This document shows, in pieces, positions 46,764 to 57,033 of a stretch of DNA of 64,000 nt. The stretch spans positions 403,307 through 467,306 of the forward strand of contig JBAZVG010000001.1 of the NCBI GenBank assembly GCA_041661005.1, written 5' to 3'. The first letter of the stretch is position 1, and every line of letters starts with the position of its first letter. The notes under the pieces are model-generated. The model did not search any database. It was not told the origin of the DNA and saw only the letters and a list, made by a program, of their open reading frames with translations. The translations under genes were made by a program, and so were the position numbers. The stretch comes from Minisyncoccota bacterium (GTDB lineage Bacteria > Patescibacteriota > Minisyncoccia > Phycocordibacterales > UBA9973).

Positions 46764-48086
46764 TTATTTCAGTACACTCCTGTCACCACCCCATTCCACG
46801 ACAGTAAAGCCAACACGTGCTGGTGCATGGAATACCTGTGGCGTGACAGATTGTAAAGTATCAAGAGGTTTGAATAACATATAGACGCGAATCACTGTAT
46901 CTGGCGAAGGTTTTATGATCATCGGCACCAACTTGTCATAGTCATTTTTCGGCATGAAGTATACGTATACGTAAGGTTTATCAGTGGTCATTCTGGGTGC
47001 CCAATAGTCTATAAATTCATCATACTCTATTGGTAAGAGTCCTTGTTTGGCAAGAGCTGAAGCCAAGAACATCCTAACGTCTTTGGTCGGTACGACAAAT
47101 CCCTGTGAACGATCTACGATGGGCTTACCAGACTTTCCTTCCCAGAATAAATATGGATATGTCAATCCATCAGTATGATTGATTATGGAGCCATCTGGAT
47201 GAGCTGTGACATTCCAGCCATCGCCATAAGGAGGTATAGACTCATCTATACTCTTCGTGGTGACCTTGACCGACACATCCGTAGTCTCCGTGGGATAAAG
47301 GTAGATGACGGGCTTGCCAGGCTCAAAGCCCGAGAAAGTTTCTCTCTTTGGACCGATACAATAGTACCCTTTTGTTGGCGCGCACAAGAGATGGGAATAA
47401 GAGTTTTCGTAATAATTAGGAGGCCCGACATCATCATCTATTGTTAAAAATTTTCCGGCGATGGCATTTTTCAGAACCGAACTATTTTCGTTTTCAAGGT
47501 GCGCCCTGATGCGGTAGTTTTGGTAAGGAGGATTGTCTTCGGATGACGGCATATAGGCGTATGACCTAGCTGGAAACAAAGGATCCTGTATTTGAGCGGT
47601 ATATGCTTCCGCCATGGAAGGAGGAGAAACAAATGACAATAATCGATCAGAGGTAGTGCGATTCGCAAGAGATTCGGCATGGATCGCGGTTTCTGCTCGC
47701 GCTATATACTTGCCCTGCTCTAGAACTGCGAGTAACCCATCCCAGTTTGTAGCTATGTTGTCAAATACTCCTTGCTCAGAACTCCAATCTGAAATACGAT
47801 GTGAACCGCTATTTATGGGTGTATAAACTCTTGGATACTCTCCATAATCGCTATAATATAATTCAAGCGCGGTTTGAACTGTATTTAGGGTAGAGATTCG
47901 TGAAGAGTCTCTAGCAGTCGACCGGACATTGTTGGTAGCTGAAAGCACTATGGAAGCCATCAACGAAAAAATACTGATCACAACCAAGAGTTCAATAAGT
48001 GTAAACCCGTCTCGCCTTCGGCAAGCCGAGGTGGAACCTTTTTTTTGTGGAATAAGTTTGTTTGTAAAAAAAATCATTTTTTTCAT
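46764..48086 (-). CDS. Large (440 aa) type IV pilin-like protein with prepilin N-terminus
   Basis: GFTLIELLVVISIFSLMASIV class III signal/N-methylation motif after a basic leader. Confidence 0.55.
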   Translation of the reverse strand: MKKMIFFTNKLIPQKKGSTSACRRRDGFTLIELLVVISIFSLMASIVLSATNNVRSTARDSSRISTLNTVQTALELYYSDYGEYPRVYTPINSGSHRISDWSSEQGVFDNIATNWDGLLAVLEQGKYIARAETAIHAESLANRTTSDRLLSFVSPPSMAEAYTAQIQDPLFPARSYAYMPSSEDNPPYQNYRIRAHLENENSSVLKNAIAGKFLTIDDDVGPPNYYENSYSHLLCAPTKGYYCIGPKRETFSGFEPGKPVIYLYPTETTDVSVKVTTKSIDESIPPYGDGWNVTAHPDGSIINHTDGLTYPYLFWEGKSGKPIVDRSQGFVVPTKDVRMFLASALAKQGLLPIEYDEFIDYWAPRMTTDKPYVYVYFMPKNDYDKLVPMIIKPSPDTVIRVYMLFKPLDTLQSVTPQVFHAPARVGFTVVEWGGDRSVLK

Positions 48087-48338
48087 ACTGAATAAATTAC
48101 GGTTATATTATATCTAAGCCGTAACAATTTGTAATTGCATTAATAAATATAAATTTAAACATACAAAAAAAGAAAAAACGGCATAATGCACCAAATCATG
48201 ATAACGATATTGGTGCCATCTCCTATACCATGCTATTTTTCTCATAAGTAAATCATGCATATATATCAAGAATTATACAACTTATATAAAAATACATAAA
48301 CAAAAGTTATCCACAAGCAAGAGAAACTGTATTCACTA

Positions 48339-50528
48339 TCACATAGAGAGCAATTCCAAAAATTCTCTTTCATTTACTATTTTTACTCCTAATTTTTCCG
48401 CAGTTTTAAGTTTAGAACCCGGCTCAACTCCAGCGACCACATAAGAAGTATTTTTTGAAACTGAACCCACGACCTTTCCACCCAGAGAAATTATTTTTTC
48501 TTTGGCTATCTCGCGCGACATAAGAGAAAGCGTCCCCGTCAAAACAAAATTAAGTCCTCTTAATTTACCTGTCTTCTTTGCAAGATTCTCTTGCATTTTT
48601 TCTACAACCACACCGTTTCTTTTTAATTTGTCTATAAAATTTATATTATTCTTGTCATGAAAAAAATCAGAAAAGCTCTTTGACACGGCTGGTCCTATAT
48701 TTTCTATGCTATCTACCTCGGATGTTTCAGTTTTCGTGGAGGAGATTAATTTATCTAAAGTTCCGAAATGTTCCGCCAAATCTCGAGCAGTCTCCTCCCC
48801 CACATGCAATATTCCAAGAGCCCAAAGAAATTTTGAAAAAAGAATTTTCTTTTTGTTATTTATTTCTTTTATAATATTCTCCGCTGATTTTTCTCCAAAG
48901 CGCTCTAGGGGCGCGATGTCTTCTTTTAGAAGTGTGAAAATATCCGCCGCGTCAGTGATCAATCCTTCGTCTTTAAAACGTCTTAAAATTTTTGGGCCTA
49001 GTTCGTATATTTCAAACACTGACACAAAATGTTCTAAATATCTTTCATTCTTGGCCGGACACTTAGAATTAGCACAATAATAGGCGACAGAAGGCGAAGC
49101 TGGAGAAAGGTTTTCGAGCTGGTCTGGCCGGGGTTTGGGGCCCCGGGGAACCGAGGACCCGAGAAAATCTTTCTCCAGCTTCGCCCCTATATCTCTCTTC
49201 TCCACTATTCCCCCACAAGCAGGACAACCCGTCGGCATTTTAAATTTTTTCTCTTTGCCGGTGCGCATACGAGTCAACACTTCCACGACTTTTGGAATCA
49301 CGTCGCCAGCTTTTTCTATCACTACAGTATCCCCGATTCGTAGATCAAGACGATCTATTTGATCCATATTGTGCAAGGTGGCTTTTGATACCGTAGAACC
49401 TGCGACGAGCGTCGGTTTAAAAATTGCCAGTGGCGTCAAAACTCCAGTCCTGCCTACATTGACCAAAATTTCTTTTATCACAGTCGTTGCTTTCTCAGCC
49501 GGATATTTGAATGCCACCATATAACGCGGAGCTTTACCGACAACGCCTAAAACCTCTTGCAATTTCAAATCATCCACCGATATTACTATGCCATCCGTGC
49601 CATATGAAAAATCAGATCTTATTTTTTCGAATTTTTTTATAAAATTCGCGACTTCATCCAAATTTTTACATAACGCCTCATTTTGTTCTACTTGAAAACC
49701 TAAATTTTTTAAAAAATTATGCTTGTCTGAATGAAGGCGCAAATTTGGTAAAGAATTCAAGGAGCCGTGGGTCCCCTGTCCTTTGTCTCCGAGGGCGAAG
49801 GCGGGAGAATTCTTTACCAAATTTGCGCCAACCAAATCAACCAAATCATAAGCAAAAAAATCCAGCTTCCTTTCAGCCGCCAATTTAGGATCCAACTGCC
49901 GTAGACTCCCAGCCGCCGCATTTCTGGTATTAGCAAAAAGAGGTTTGCCTTCTTTCTCATTTTTAAGATTCAATTTTGATAAAGTTTTTTTAGAAATCAA
50001 AGCTTCTCCACGAACTTCGAAATACTTTGGAAATGGTTTCTTTAATATTAACGGAATCGAATTTATAGTTTTAAGATTCTCAGTAATGTCTTCACCCACA
50101 AAACCATCTCCCCTTGTGGCGCCACGCACAAATTTTCCATCTTCATAAATTAACGAAACCGCCAGTCCATCGAATTTAACTTCGCAGAAATAACTCACCC
50201 CGTGTGCTTGCAGAGGTAAAAGTTTTTTGATTCTTTTCTCCCAATCCTGAAGCTCCTCGTAAGAAAAAACATCATTCAAAGAAAGCATCCTGCTGTTGTG
50301 CTTCACTTTCACAAATTTATCAAGCGGTTTTCCAGCTACTCTATTCTCCGGCGCATTGACATCGTCAAATTCAGGATGCTCTTCTAGAAGCATTTTAAGC
50401 TCGCGAGTGAGAGAATCATAAACGTCATCAGTAACGTTCGGAGCATTTTCTGTGTGATAGGCATTCCGCAATCGCGCGATTTCGCTTCGCAATTTTTCTA
50501 TTCTCTTTTTTGCTTCAAGCCTGTCCAT
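48339..50528 (-). CDS. ligA: NAD-dependent DNA ligase LigA
   Basis: Adenylation domain, Cys4 zinc finger, HhH and C-terminal BRCT. Carries a 93-bp in-frame palindromic insertion between the zinc-finger Cys pairs. Confidence 0.9.
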   Translation of the reverse strand: MDRLEAKKRIEKLRSEIARLRNAYHTENAPNVTDDVYDSLTRELKMLLEEHPEFDDVNAPENRVAGKPLDKFVKVKHNSRMLSLNDVFSYEELQDWEKRIKKLLPLQAHGVSYFCEVKFDGLAVSLIYEDGKFVRGATRGDGFVGEDITENLKTINSIPLILKKPFPKYFEVRGEALISKKTLSKLNLKNEKEGKPLFANTRNAAAGSLRQLDPKLAAERKLDFFAYDLVDLVGANLVKNSPAFALGDKGQGTHGSLNSLPNLRLHSDKHNFLKNLGFQVEQNEALCKNLDEVANFIKKFEKIRSDFSYGTDGIVISVDDLKLQEVLGVVGKAPRYMVAFKYPAEKATTVIKEILVNVGRTGVLTPLAIFKPTLVAGSTVSKATLHNMDQIDRLDLRIGDTVVIEKAGDVIPKVVEVLTRMRTGKEKKFKMPTGCPACGGIVEKRDIGAKLEKDFLGSSVPRGPKPRPDQLENLSPASPSVAYYCANSKCPAKNERYLEHFVSVFEIYELGPKILRRFKDEGLITDAADIFTLLKEDIAPLERFGEKSAENIIKEINNKKKILFSKFLWALGILHVGEETARDLAEHFGTLDKLISSTKTETSEVDSIENIGPAVSKSFSDFFHDKNNINFIDKLKRNGVVVEKMQENLAKKTGKLRGLNFVLTGTLSLMSREIAKEKIISLGGKVVGSVSKNTSYVVAGVEPGSKLKTAEKLGVKIVNEREFLELLSM
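49092..49184. repeat. 93-bp GC-rich palindromic element inserted in-frame in the ligA zinc-finger loop
   Basis: Perfect 17-bp terminal inverted repeats GGCGAAGCTGGAGAAAG / CTTTCTCCAGCTTCGCC flanking a GC-rich core. Encodes AKLEKDFLGSSVPRGPKPRPDQLENLSPASP. Confidence 0.75.
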
Positions 50529-50536
50529 ACTAGAAA

Positions 50537-50944
50537 TTAACGCGGTATTTTTACTTGGAGTTCGCGCTGAACACTTTTAGAATTACAATTGTTATATCCT
50601 TTTGAAATAATAACGTCATTGTCTGGATCGTTAGAAATTCTTTTATCCACTGTTACTATGGCGCAACTCTGTCCTAGGCTACCCAATCCAACTATATCAG
50701 GAATAGTAGTAAAAGAATCGGGTGACAGACTGTCATAATTATACAACGCATATTCAGCTCCCGTATCTGCCGCAAAGAAAGCATCATTTGTATCGCGAGC
50801 ATTGGTGCTGAATTTTACTTCTCTAAAAGCAATATTAGCAACACCTATTGCTATAGTTAAAAGAATAGCAGAAAGTGTAACAGCAAAAAGCATGACGAAT
50901 CCCCTATTGCTTTGTAAGTTTTTTATCATCATATTTCTATCCAA
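50537..50944 (-). CDS. Minor pilin/pseudopilin-like protein
   Basis: N-terminal GFVMLFAVTLSAILLTIAIG hydrophobic segment after a short basic leader. Lacks Glu+5. Confidence 0.35.
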   Translation of the reverse strand: MDRNMMIKNLQSNRGFVMLFAVTLSAILLTIAIGVANIAFREVKFSTNARDTNDAFFAADTGAEYALYNYDSLSPDSFTTIPDIVGLGSLGQSCAIVTVDKRISNDPDNDVIISKGYNNCNSKSVQRELQVKIPR

Positions 50945-51579
50945 TTAAATAAATTCTCCGAAAAGGTAACATTGTAACCTCCTGAACCCTGAGTCCATTC
51001 AACTCTTGAAAAAATTTTTACTTCATCGGTATTCCCTGCGCCTATAGGGACCATCCAGATTTTACGGATAAAACCGGAATCAACGACACTCACCGTTGTG
51101 CTATAATTTCCATTGTCTAGATATAGTCTGCAATCACTGGGATTGGTACATACAGTAACACCAAAAGGAGGCTCATCAAGACCACATGGATTATTGTCCT
51201 CATCTGGATCATTACACGATGACAATTGTGCCTTAAAACTACCCTCCCATGGATTGCCGTTTCCATACAACACAGCAGTGTCTCGCATATTTCTAATATA
51301 TTCTATGCCCTCTTGCGCCAGATACGTGGCTATCATTTTCTGTTTGGCGTAGTTGGTATTGGCAATACCAGATGCTAAGACAGACATTATCCCGATTAAA
51401 GATACAGTAAAAATCGAAATCGCCACAAGCACTTCCACTAGGGTAAACCCAGTAGTGAATTTTGGCGAAGCACTTTTAGTGCGCGATGAAATCGCATCGC
51501 CAAAATCTACTAACTGGGTGAACCCGCCCTGATTTAACTTATTGGATTTTCTAAAAAGAAATTTCAAAATTTTCTCCAT
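50929..51579 (-). CDS. Type IV minor pilin-like protein
   Basis: GFTLVEVLVAISIFTVSLIG prepilin motif. The true start is probably downstream of the annotated Met. Confidence 0.5.
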   Translation of the reverse strand: MEKILKFLFRKSNKLNQGGFTQLVDFGDAISSRTKSASPKFTTGFTLVEVLVAISIFTVSLIGIMSVLASGIANTNYAKQKMIATYLAQEGIEYIRNMRDTAVLYGNGNPWEGSFKAQLSSCNDPDEDNNPCGLDEPPFGVTVCTNPSDCRLYLDNGNYSTTVSVVDSGFIRKIWMVPIGAGNTDEVKIFSRVEWTQGSGGYNVTFSENLFNWIEI

Positions 51580-51580
51580 G

Positions 51581-52174
51581 TTAAATATCTATATTTCTCT
51601 GCGACACTGAAGTCTGTAAAGAGAAAGGCGTGACAACATTTTTAATATTTATCTCACCCACAAGCCGAATGGTAACAAAAGGTTGCTGTTCATTAGGTGG
51701 TGGTTCTGCGCCTATTACTGTAAAACTAGAAGCTGAAGAAATGGTAACTTCGCTCGGAACCAATTGAATAAGATCCGATCCATCGACTGATTTACATATT
51801 CCGTTCGTGTTATCACCACAATCTCCTATAAAATATATCCAACGACTTACAGGGTCACTAGTAGAGTCAAAAGAAATACCTCCTCCTCCATTCTCGCAAC
51901 TGTAAACACTGACATCTCCGAATAAATCATCATCATTCGTACTATCTATGCAATGATAATTATATCCCGTCCTCAGGCTCCTAGACATATCTTCCATAAT
52001 GAAACTTAGATTATCCAAGATAGAACGCATGTTGTTAGACTTTTGATGAAGCCGATGAGCATTCAAAAGCGCGCCCATGCCCACCATGATGATAATCAAA
52101 AAAATGGAAACAGAAATCATTGTTTCTATAATTGTAAACCCGGTAGTTGATTTTAGTTTTTTATTTTTCTTCAT
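51581..52174 (-). CDS. Type IV minor pilin-like protein
   Basis: KSTTGFTIIETMISVSIFLIII prepilin motif. Confidence 0.55.
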   Translation of the reverse strand: MKKNKKLKSTTGFTIIETMISVSIFLIIIMVGMGALLNAHRLHQKSNNMRSILDNLSFIMEDMSRSLRTGYNYHCIDSTNDDDLFGDVSVYSCENGGGGISFDSTSDPVSRWIYFIGDCGDNTNGICKSVDGSDLIQLVPSEVTISSASSFTVIGAEPPPNEQQPFVTIRLVGEINIKNVVTPFSLQTSVSQRNIDI

Positions 52175-52211
52175 AACCTGTCCCGTAGTGAGCTTTGCTC
52201 TACTACTGGGA

Positions 52212-52859
52212 TTAATTTACCTGTATCCTTCCTGAAGGATATATTTTTATTTTGGCACTTGCCTCTTTAGGCGACTTGATAGTTATTTGGACATAACTAA
52301 AATTATATGCCGTTGGGTCTGGGCCTCGTACTTCATTCTCTAAGTAGAAAACTGCACCAGAATTCGGCCTTTTGAAAGTGATGGAGTAATTGCCAAAAAG
52401 ATTAAAAGAATTAGTATCAATGCAATCGCCACGGCATTCCTCTATTTGATATATATAATTATTTTTTGTAATACTAAAAGGGTCGCCTAACATTTCACCG
52501 TCGTCGTAAATACCAGAGTTATTAAAATCAGCAAAATAAATAAAGTTTGTTGTATGAGTGGGATTTGCAAGATTAAAATAAACCCCATAAGAAGGTTTAC
52601 AGCCATCACAAAAAGTGCTTGTTGACGGTAAATTGCCCGACATAGCTGACTTCTGCGCTTCGACGATTTTTGAAGCGATATCACTGGCTAGATTCTTTAT
52701 GTCCACTTTTGCCTGAAACTCTCCGTAGCTAAACATGACAATGGCAGACATCACAGCAAAAATGCCCAGAACTACGATAAGCTCCACATAAGTCATACCA
52801 CGGCGAAAATCGCCAATTTTTAATTTACAATTTCTAATTTTTAATATATTATTTTTCAT
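52212..52859 (-). CDS. Type IV minor pilin-like protein (FimT/GspH-like)
   Basis: RRGMTYVELIVVLGIFAVMSAIV prepilin motif. Confidence 0.55.
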   Translation of the reverse strand: MKNNILKIRNCKLKIGDFRRGMTYVELIVVLGIFAVMSAIVMFSYGEFQAKVDIKNLASDIASKIVEAQKSAMSGNLPSTSTFCDGCKPSYGVYFNLANPTHTTNFIYFADFNNSGIYDDGEMLGDPFSITKNNYIYQIEECRGDCIDTNSFNLFGNYSITFKRPNSGAVFYLENEVRGPDPTAYNFSYVQITIKSPKEASAKIKIYPSGRIQVN

Positions 52860-52861
52860 CC

Positions 52862-53734
52862 CTAAAAATTAAAAAGATTTAATTCAAAAATAAATGCCAA
52901 AAATGTTCCTAGAACCAAAAATGGAGCAAATGGAATTTCGCTTTTCATCCCCATACTGTTTATTCTACCATTTTTTGCCAGCCTCGCCGAGTCTAGGCGG
53001 GCCAGCCTCGCCGAGTCTAGGCGGGAAAGAACTACAAGCGTCACCCCGACGACAGCTCCAGACCAGAAAGCCATCACCAAACCAGATAGAGCAACAGAAA
53101 TACCGAGCAACCATCCGATGCCTAGAGAGAGCTTTGCATCCCCCAGCCCCATCCACCTGCCACGAGATATAAACCAAAAGAAAGCAAACGGGAATGCTAT
53201 GAACACACCAGAAAGAAATTCCCAAACAGTCGGGATTTGAAAATATAAAACGATAGGATTGGAAGAATCTAAAAAATTATTATGGAAAAAAAATAAACCC
53301 AGAAATGCCAGAACGCCGAAAATAAGAGAAAGCATGTCCGGAATTATTTTATGTTTCAGATCATAAGTCGCTATGACCACAAGCAGTGAAAACGCAGTTG
53401 CATAGTAAACATAAATGATGCCGAAAGATTGAATGTCTGCCAGAAAAATATCCTGGAATTTCAAAAACAGCAAAGCGAAAACGAGGCCTGTTGTAAATTC
53501 AACCAAAGGATATTGCATGGAAATTTTGGTTTTACAATTCCGGCACCTCCCCCCGAGCCATAGAAAGCTAACGACAGGTATGAGATCATACCAATGGAGT
53601 TTATTTTGGCAAGACATGCAGGCGCTCCGCCCGCCGAGAGATCTTTTTGTGTTGAGTCGATAAATTACAACATTCAAAAAACTGCCAATAGTGAGACCGA
53701 GAACAAAGAAAAAAAACCCAAGTAATAAAATCAT
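52862..53734 (-). CDS. pilD: Prepilin peptidase (A24 family)
   Basis: N-terminal Cys4 (CMSCQNK...CRNCKTK) and conserved catalytic Asp regions (DLKHKIIPD, GLGDAKL). Contains a 24-bp x2 in-frame tandem repeat. Confidence 0.85.
   Translation of the reverse strand: MILLLGFFFFVLGLTIGSFLNVVIYRLNTKRSLGGRSACMSCQNKLHWYDLIPVVSFLWLGGRCRNCKTKISMQYPLVEFTTGLVFALLFLKFQDIFLADIQSFGIIYVYYATAFSLLVVIATYDLKHKIIPDMLSLIFGVLAFLGLFFFHNNFLDSSNPIVLYFQIPTVWEFLSGVFIAFPFAFFWFISRGRWMGLGDAKLSLGIGWLLGISVALSGLVMAFWSGAVVGVTLVVLSRLDSARLARLDSARLAKNGRINSMGMKSEIPFAPFLVLGTFLAFIFELNLFNF
52977..53024. repeat. Perfect 24-bp tandem duplication (GCCAGCCTCGCCGAGTCTAGGCGG x2) in-frame within pilD
   Basis: GC-rich. Encodes LARLDSAR twice near the PilD C-terminus. 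Confidence 0.7.
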
Positions 53735-53763
53735 ATGCTCTTACTATTATAGCATAAACAAAA

Positions 53764-54768
53764 TTACCTCACTATCTTAAACTCATCTTTTACGCCTGAA
53801 AGAGAATAAAACATACCCCTGAGACTTTTTTCTGTTACCTCTACCCTCAAAAACCCGTATATATCACCCTCAAGCGAAGCAAAATATGGAACTTCTGGAT
53901 CATTAAAATCAATTTTGCGGGATGGAGCGCCACCTGTACCCACTATCGTGATTATTCCTCCGTTCCCTTGCTTGTAATCCTCCGGAGATGTATCTTCTCC
54001 TAAACAAGCTGGGTCGAACATGTTTAATTTTACACAAACGAGCTGTTTCGTTCGCTGATAACTATGCTCATGACCTTGCATAATCAGATCGACATTGTGC
54101 GCTAAAAGATAATTTATAAGCTCTTCCCCTATTTCACAACCATGTATACCTCCCGCTGATATACAGATTTTGTGCATGCCAACAATCGTCCAAGGAATTT
54201 CTTTTTGATGACCTTCATCGATAACCTTTTTTAACCACTCCATGTGCTTACTTCCTGTACTATAAACAAAAGTCTGTCCGTCGCTAAAATGCAAGTTTGG
54301 AGAAATCAAAATGAAACGAATTAAAGGTTTTTCTTCCGGATAGTCAAAATAATATTCCTTTCCATATTCCCCTTTAATGCCCGCTGTCACATTTGGTAAA
54401 CAAGATATGAATTTTTCTATTGAGCCATTTTGCCCATCACTTTCATGGTTGCCAGCAAGAAGTTCAATAGGCACACTAGGCAAGTATTTTTTCATCATAT
54501 TACACCATTCTGTTTCTGGTTTCACTTCATCATAACTTAAATCTCCAAGTACAAAATGCAGATCAGGCATTTCTTTTGCAATATTTTTTAGATTTTTAAC
54601 AGTAAATGAGTTAACACCATAATCTCCGGCTGATGTAAAAATAAAACTTGGCCCAGTCTGTTTATCCACCCTCTCTGTCCTCGAAATAAAAATTGAGATA
54701 CCAAGAACAAGCAAAAGAATAATCAATACTATCAGCCGAATATATCTCTTATCGAATATCTTTGTCAT
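53764..54768 (-). CDS. Calcineurin-like metallophosphoesterase
   Basis: GDLSYDE, GNHE and GHEHSYQR metal-binding motifs. Start set at MTKIFDKRY because the upstream extension overlaps a divergent gene. Confidence 0.65.
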   Translation of the reverse strand: MTKIFDKRYIRLIVLIILLLVLGISIFISRTERVDKQTGPSFIFTSAGDYGVNSFTVKNLKNIAKEMPDLHFVLGDLSYDEVKPETEWCNMMKKYLPSVPIELLAGNHESDGQNGSIEKFISCLPNVTAGIKGEYGKEYYFDYPEEKPLIRFILISPNLHFSDGQTFVYSTGSKHMEWLKKVIDEGHQKEIPWTIVGMHKICISAGGIHGCEIGEELINYLLAHNVDLIMQGHEHSYQRTKQLVCVKLNMFDPACLGEDTSPEDYKQGNGGIITIVGTGGAPSRKIDFNDPEVPYFASLEGDIYGFLRVEVTEKSLRGMFYSLSGVKDEFKIVR

Positions 54769-54793
54769 GTATGTTATATTATAATCAAAATAA

Positions 54794-56194
54794 ATGGAAA
54801 AAACTAACGAAAAAATAACTACTGTGTGTATACCGACCTGCAACAGGCCAGAATTTTTGCATAGAGCCCTCATTGGTCTTGTAGAAAACCTGAAAAAATA
54901 TGGCCGTGCTCCGCGCATCTTGGTTATAGATGATTCCGAGGAACCACAAAATGCTCAAAAAACAAGAGAAATTTGTAGCTCACATGGGGCTAATTATCAG
55001 GGAAAAATTGAGTGCATGGATAGAAATGATCGCGCAGAGATGGCAAAAATACTCGCAAAAGAAAAAGGGGTGTCTCTCGAGGTTCTTAATTTTGCTTTAT
55101 GCGGGGATAAACTATCTACAACAACAGCAGGAGCAGTCCGAAACACCTTCCTATTAAAAACACGAGGTGAAAAAATACTTATAGTGGATGATGATGTGGT
55201 TTATAATTTTTTTTCTCCAATTTTTGAAGAACCGCCACTTTTTAGTATCGAAAATCCCCTTGAATATTGGTTCCTAGAGGGTGATGAAACACCACCAACT
55301 TCTTTATTTAAACCTGTTGAGGTTGATTTGCTAGATATCCATGAAAGTATGCTTGGTAAAAAAGCTGGTGAGATACTAGGTCAAAATATTCCAGATGATA
55401 TGAAAGGTATGGAAATAATGGACACATATATGGGAGCCTATGGGGATTCTCCCATGGAATCACATATCCCCCTACTCCTTTTACCTCAAGTCTATGAGAA
55501 ATTTAAAAACATTTCTCCAATCCAATATAAAGCAATTAAGGGAACTAGAAAAATCATTCAAGTTCCTTTTTCTACGACGGTTTATCAAGGACCTATCTGC
55601 ACTTCAATGGTTGTGGGAATAGATAATCGTCAACTTCCTCCACCATTCATACCGATAGGCAGAGCACAAGATCTCGTATTTGGAACTACACGATGGACTG
55701 CTTTTCCTTCAAAACTTTCTGTATATCTTCCCATTCTCATAGGACACGAGAGACCTGATAAAAAAATCCAGTCTGCAGTATACAACAGTGTACATGAGGT
55801 AACAAAAATAAACAGAATTATAGCTAACTTCATAGAAGAGGAAATAAACAATGTTAATATAAACTCAAGTGAGAATTTACAGATAATTGGAAATAAATTT
55901 ATCAACATCGCTCAAAAATCAGAGTCCGAGTTCTCGCTCTTTATGGAAACTCAATGTCAAAAAATCACCAAAATAGTAACAGATCATGTAAATAACATAC
56001 TTAAAAATAGTCCTGAGATGCCTGATTTTTGGATAAGCGATATGAATTCTATGATAAGCGAACTTGAATTTTCAGATCCTAAATTTTTTATGGACAATAT
56101 AACAAAAAGTCCTAATAAAAATAGACTGACAATCCTTCAAAAATGGATGGGGTTATATGGCCAATTGCTACAAGTCTGGTATAAGTTGTTATAG
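54794..56194 (+). CDS. Putative family-2 glycosyltransferase-like protein
   Basis: N-terminus TVCIPTCNRPEFL...ILVIDDSEE and later ILIVDDDVV (DxD-like). Weak assignment. Confidence 0.4.
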   Translation: MEKTNEKITTVCIPTCNRPEFLHRALIGLVENLKKYGRAPRILVIDDSEEPQNAQKTREICSSHGANYQGKIECMDRNDRAEMAKILAKEKGVSLEVLNFALCGDKLSTTTAGAVRNTFLLKTRGEKILIVDDDVVYNFFSPIFEEPPLFSIENPLEYWFLEGDETPPTSLFKPVEVDLLDIHESMLGKKAGEILGQNIPDDMKGMEIMDTYMGAYGDSPMESHIPLLLLPQVYEKFKNISPIQYKAIKGTRKIIQVPFSTTVYQGPICTSMVVGIDNRQLPPPFIPIGRAQDLVFGTTRWTAFPSKLSVYLPILIGHERPDKKIQSAVYNSVHEVTKINRIIANFIEEEINNVNINSSENLQIIGNKFINIAQKSESEFSLFMETQCQKITKIVTDHVNNILKNSPEMPDFWISDMNSMISELEFSDPKFFMDNITKSPNKNRLTILQKWMGLYGQLLQVWYKLL

Positions 56195-56272
56195 AGGTTT
56201 CTCAATGACAAAAAAACCATCGTCGAAGATGGTTTTTTTGTAGAAATTATTAATTTCACTAAACGAATTTTA

Positions 56273-56704
56273 TTAACTAGCAGCACAAACAGTTGCATCA
56301 GCACCCTTGCCGCCCGTCCTAACTCCAGAGAAACCAGCACTGTCAACACAGAATATTGTTCCATCATTCAAAGTTGCCTCTGCAGCCCAAGCACTGTATG
56401 GCGCAGCAGCTGGAACATCACAATTAACCGCACCAGCAGCAGGAATCTGAGCGTTTACAGCTACAATCAGTCTATTTAATTGACCAGCAGCACCACACAG
56501 TGTTGATGGATAATTTCCACTGGAATCAACAACCAATTCAGCCTCCGCTCTCATGGAAGTCATACTTGCCTTTGCACTTGCATCTTTACCCTTTGTTCTA
56601 GCCGTATTAAGCGACGCCAAAACGACCGAAGCCAAAATACCAATGATAGCCACGACCACCAAAAGCTCAATCAATGTAAAACCTTTCTTTAAATTCATTT
56701 TCAT
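56273..56704 (-). CDS. pilA: Type IV major pilin
   Basis: KKGFTLIELLVVVAIIGILASVVLASL prepilin motif. 143 aa with a C-terminal Cys pair. Confidence 0.8.
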   Translation of the reverse strand: MKMNLKKGFTLIELLVVVAIIGILASVVLASLNTARTKGKDASAKASMTSMRAEAELVVDSSGNYPSTLCGAAGQLNRLIVAVNAQIPAAGAVNCDVPAAAPYSAWAAEATLNDGTIFCVDSAGFSGVRTGGKGADATVCAAS

Positions 56705-56869
56705 AATTAAATTCTAAACTAAATTAATAATAATTAATAATGCAATTTCGACTCCCGCCTGCTCCCATAGGGCGGACAGGTATTTTTAATACAACTATTA
56801 TAACATTATGCAAAAACATTTATGCAACCAAGTTATCCACACCCCTTCGCCAAGGCTACGGAGGTGCAG

Positions 56870-57033
56870 GCAGGGTAGTGATTCCCCTCTTGAGGGGTGG
56901 CTCGCTTACGAGACGGGGTGGAAGAATTCCCTCACCCCTTGCTTTCCCCTCTCCATTCAAAAGAATGGAGAGGGGTTGGGGAGAGGGTATCCACCTCCCT
57001 CCGACCTAGGTCGGAATACTCCTCAAGAGGAGA
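56870..57033 (+). repeat. GC-rich multi-hairpin mosaic element, copy B (expanded, intergenic pilA/pilC)
   Basis: ATTCCCCTCTTGAGGGGTGG-CTCGCTTACGAG-ACGGGGTGGA, an extra CCCCTCTCC...GGAGAGGGG module, then TCCACCTCCCTCCGACCTAGGTCGGAATACTCCTCAAGAGGAGAAT. Confidence 0.75.
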
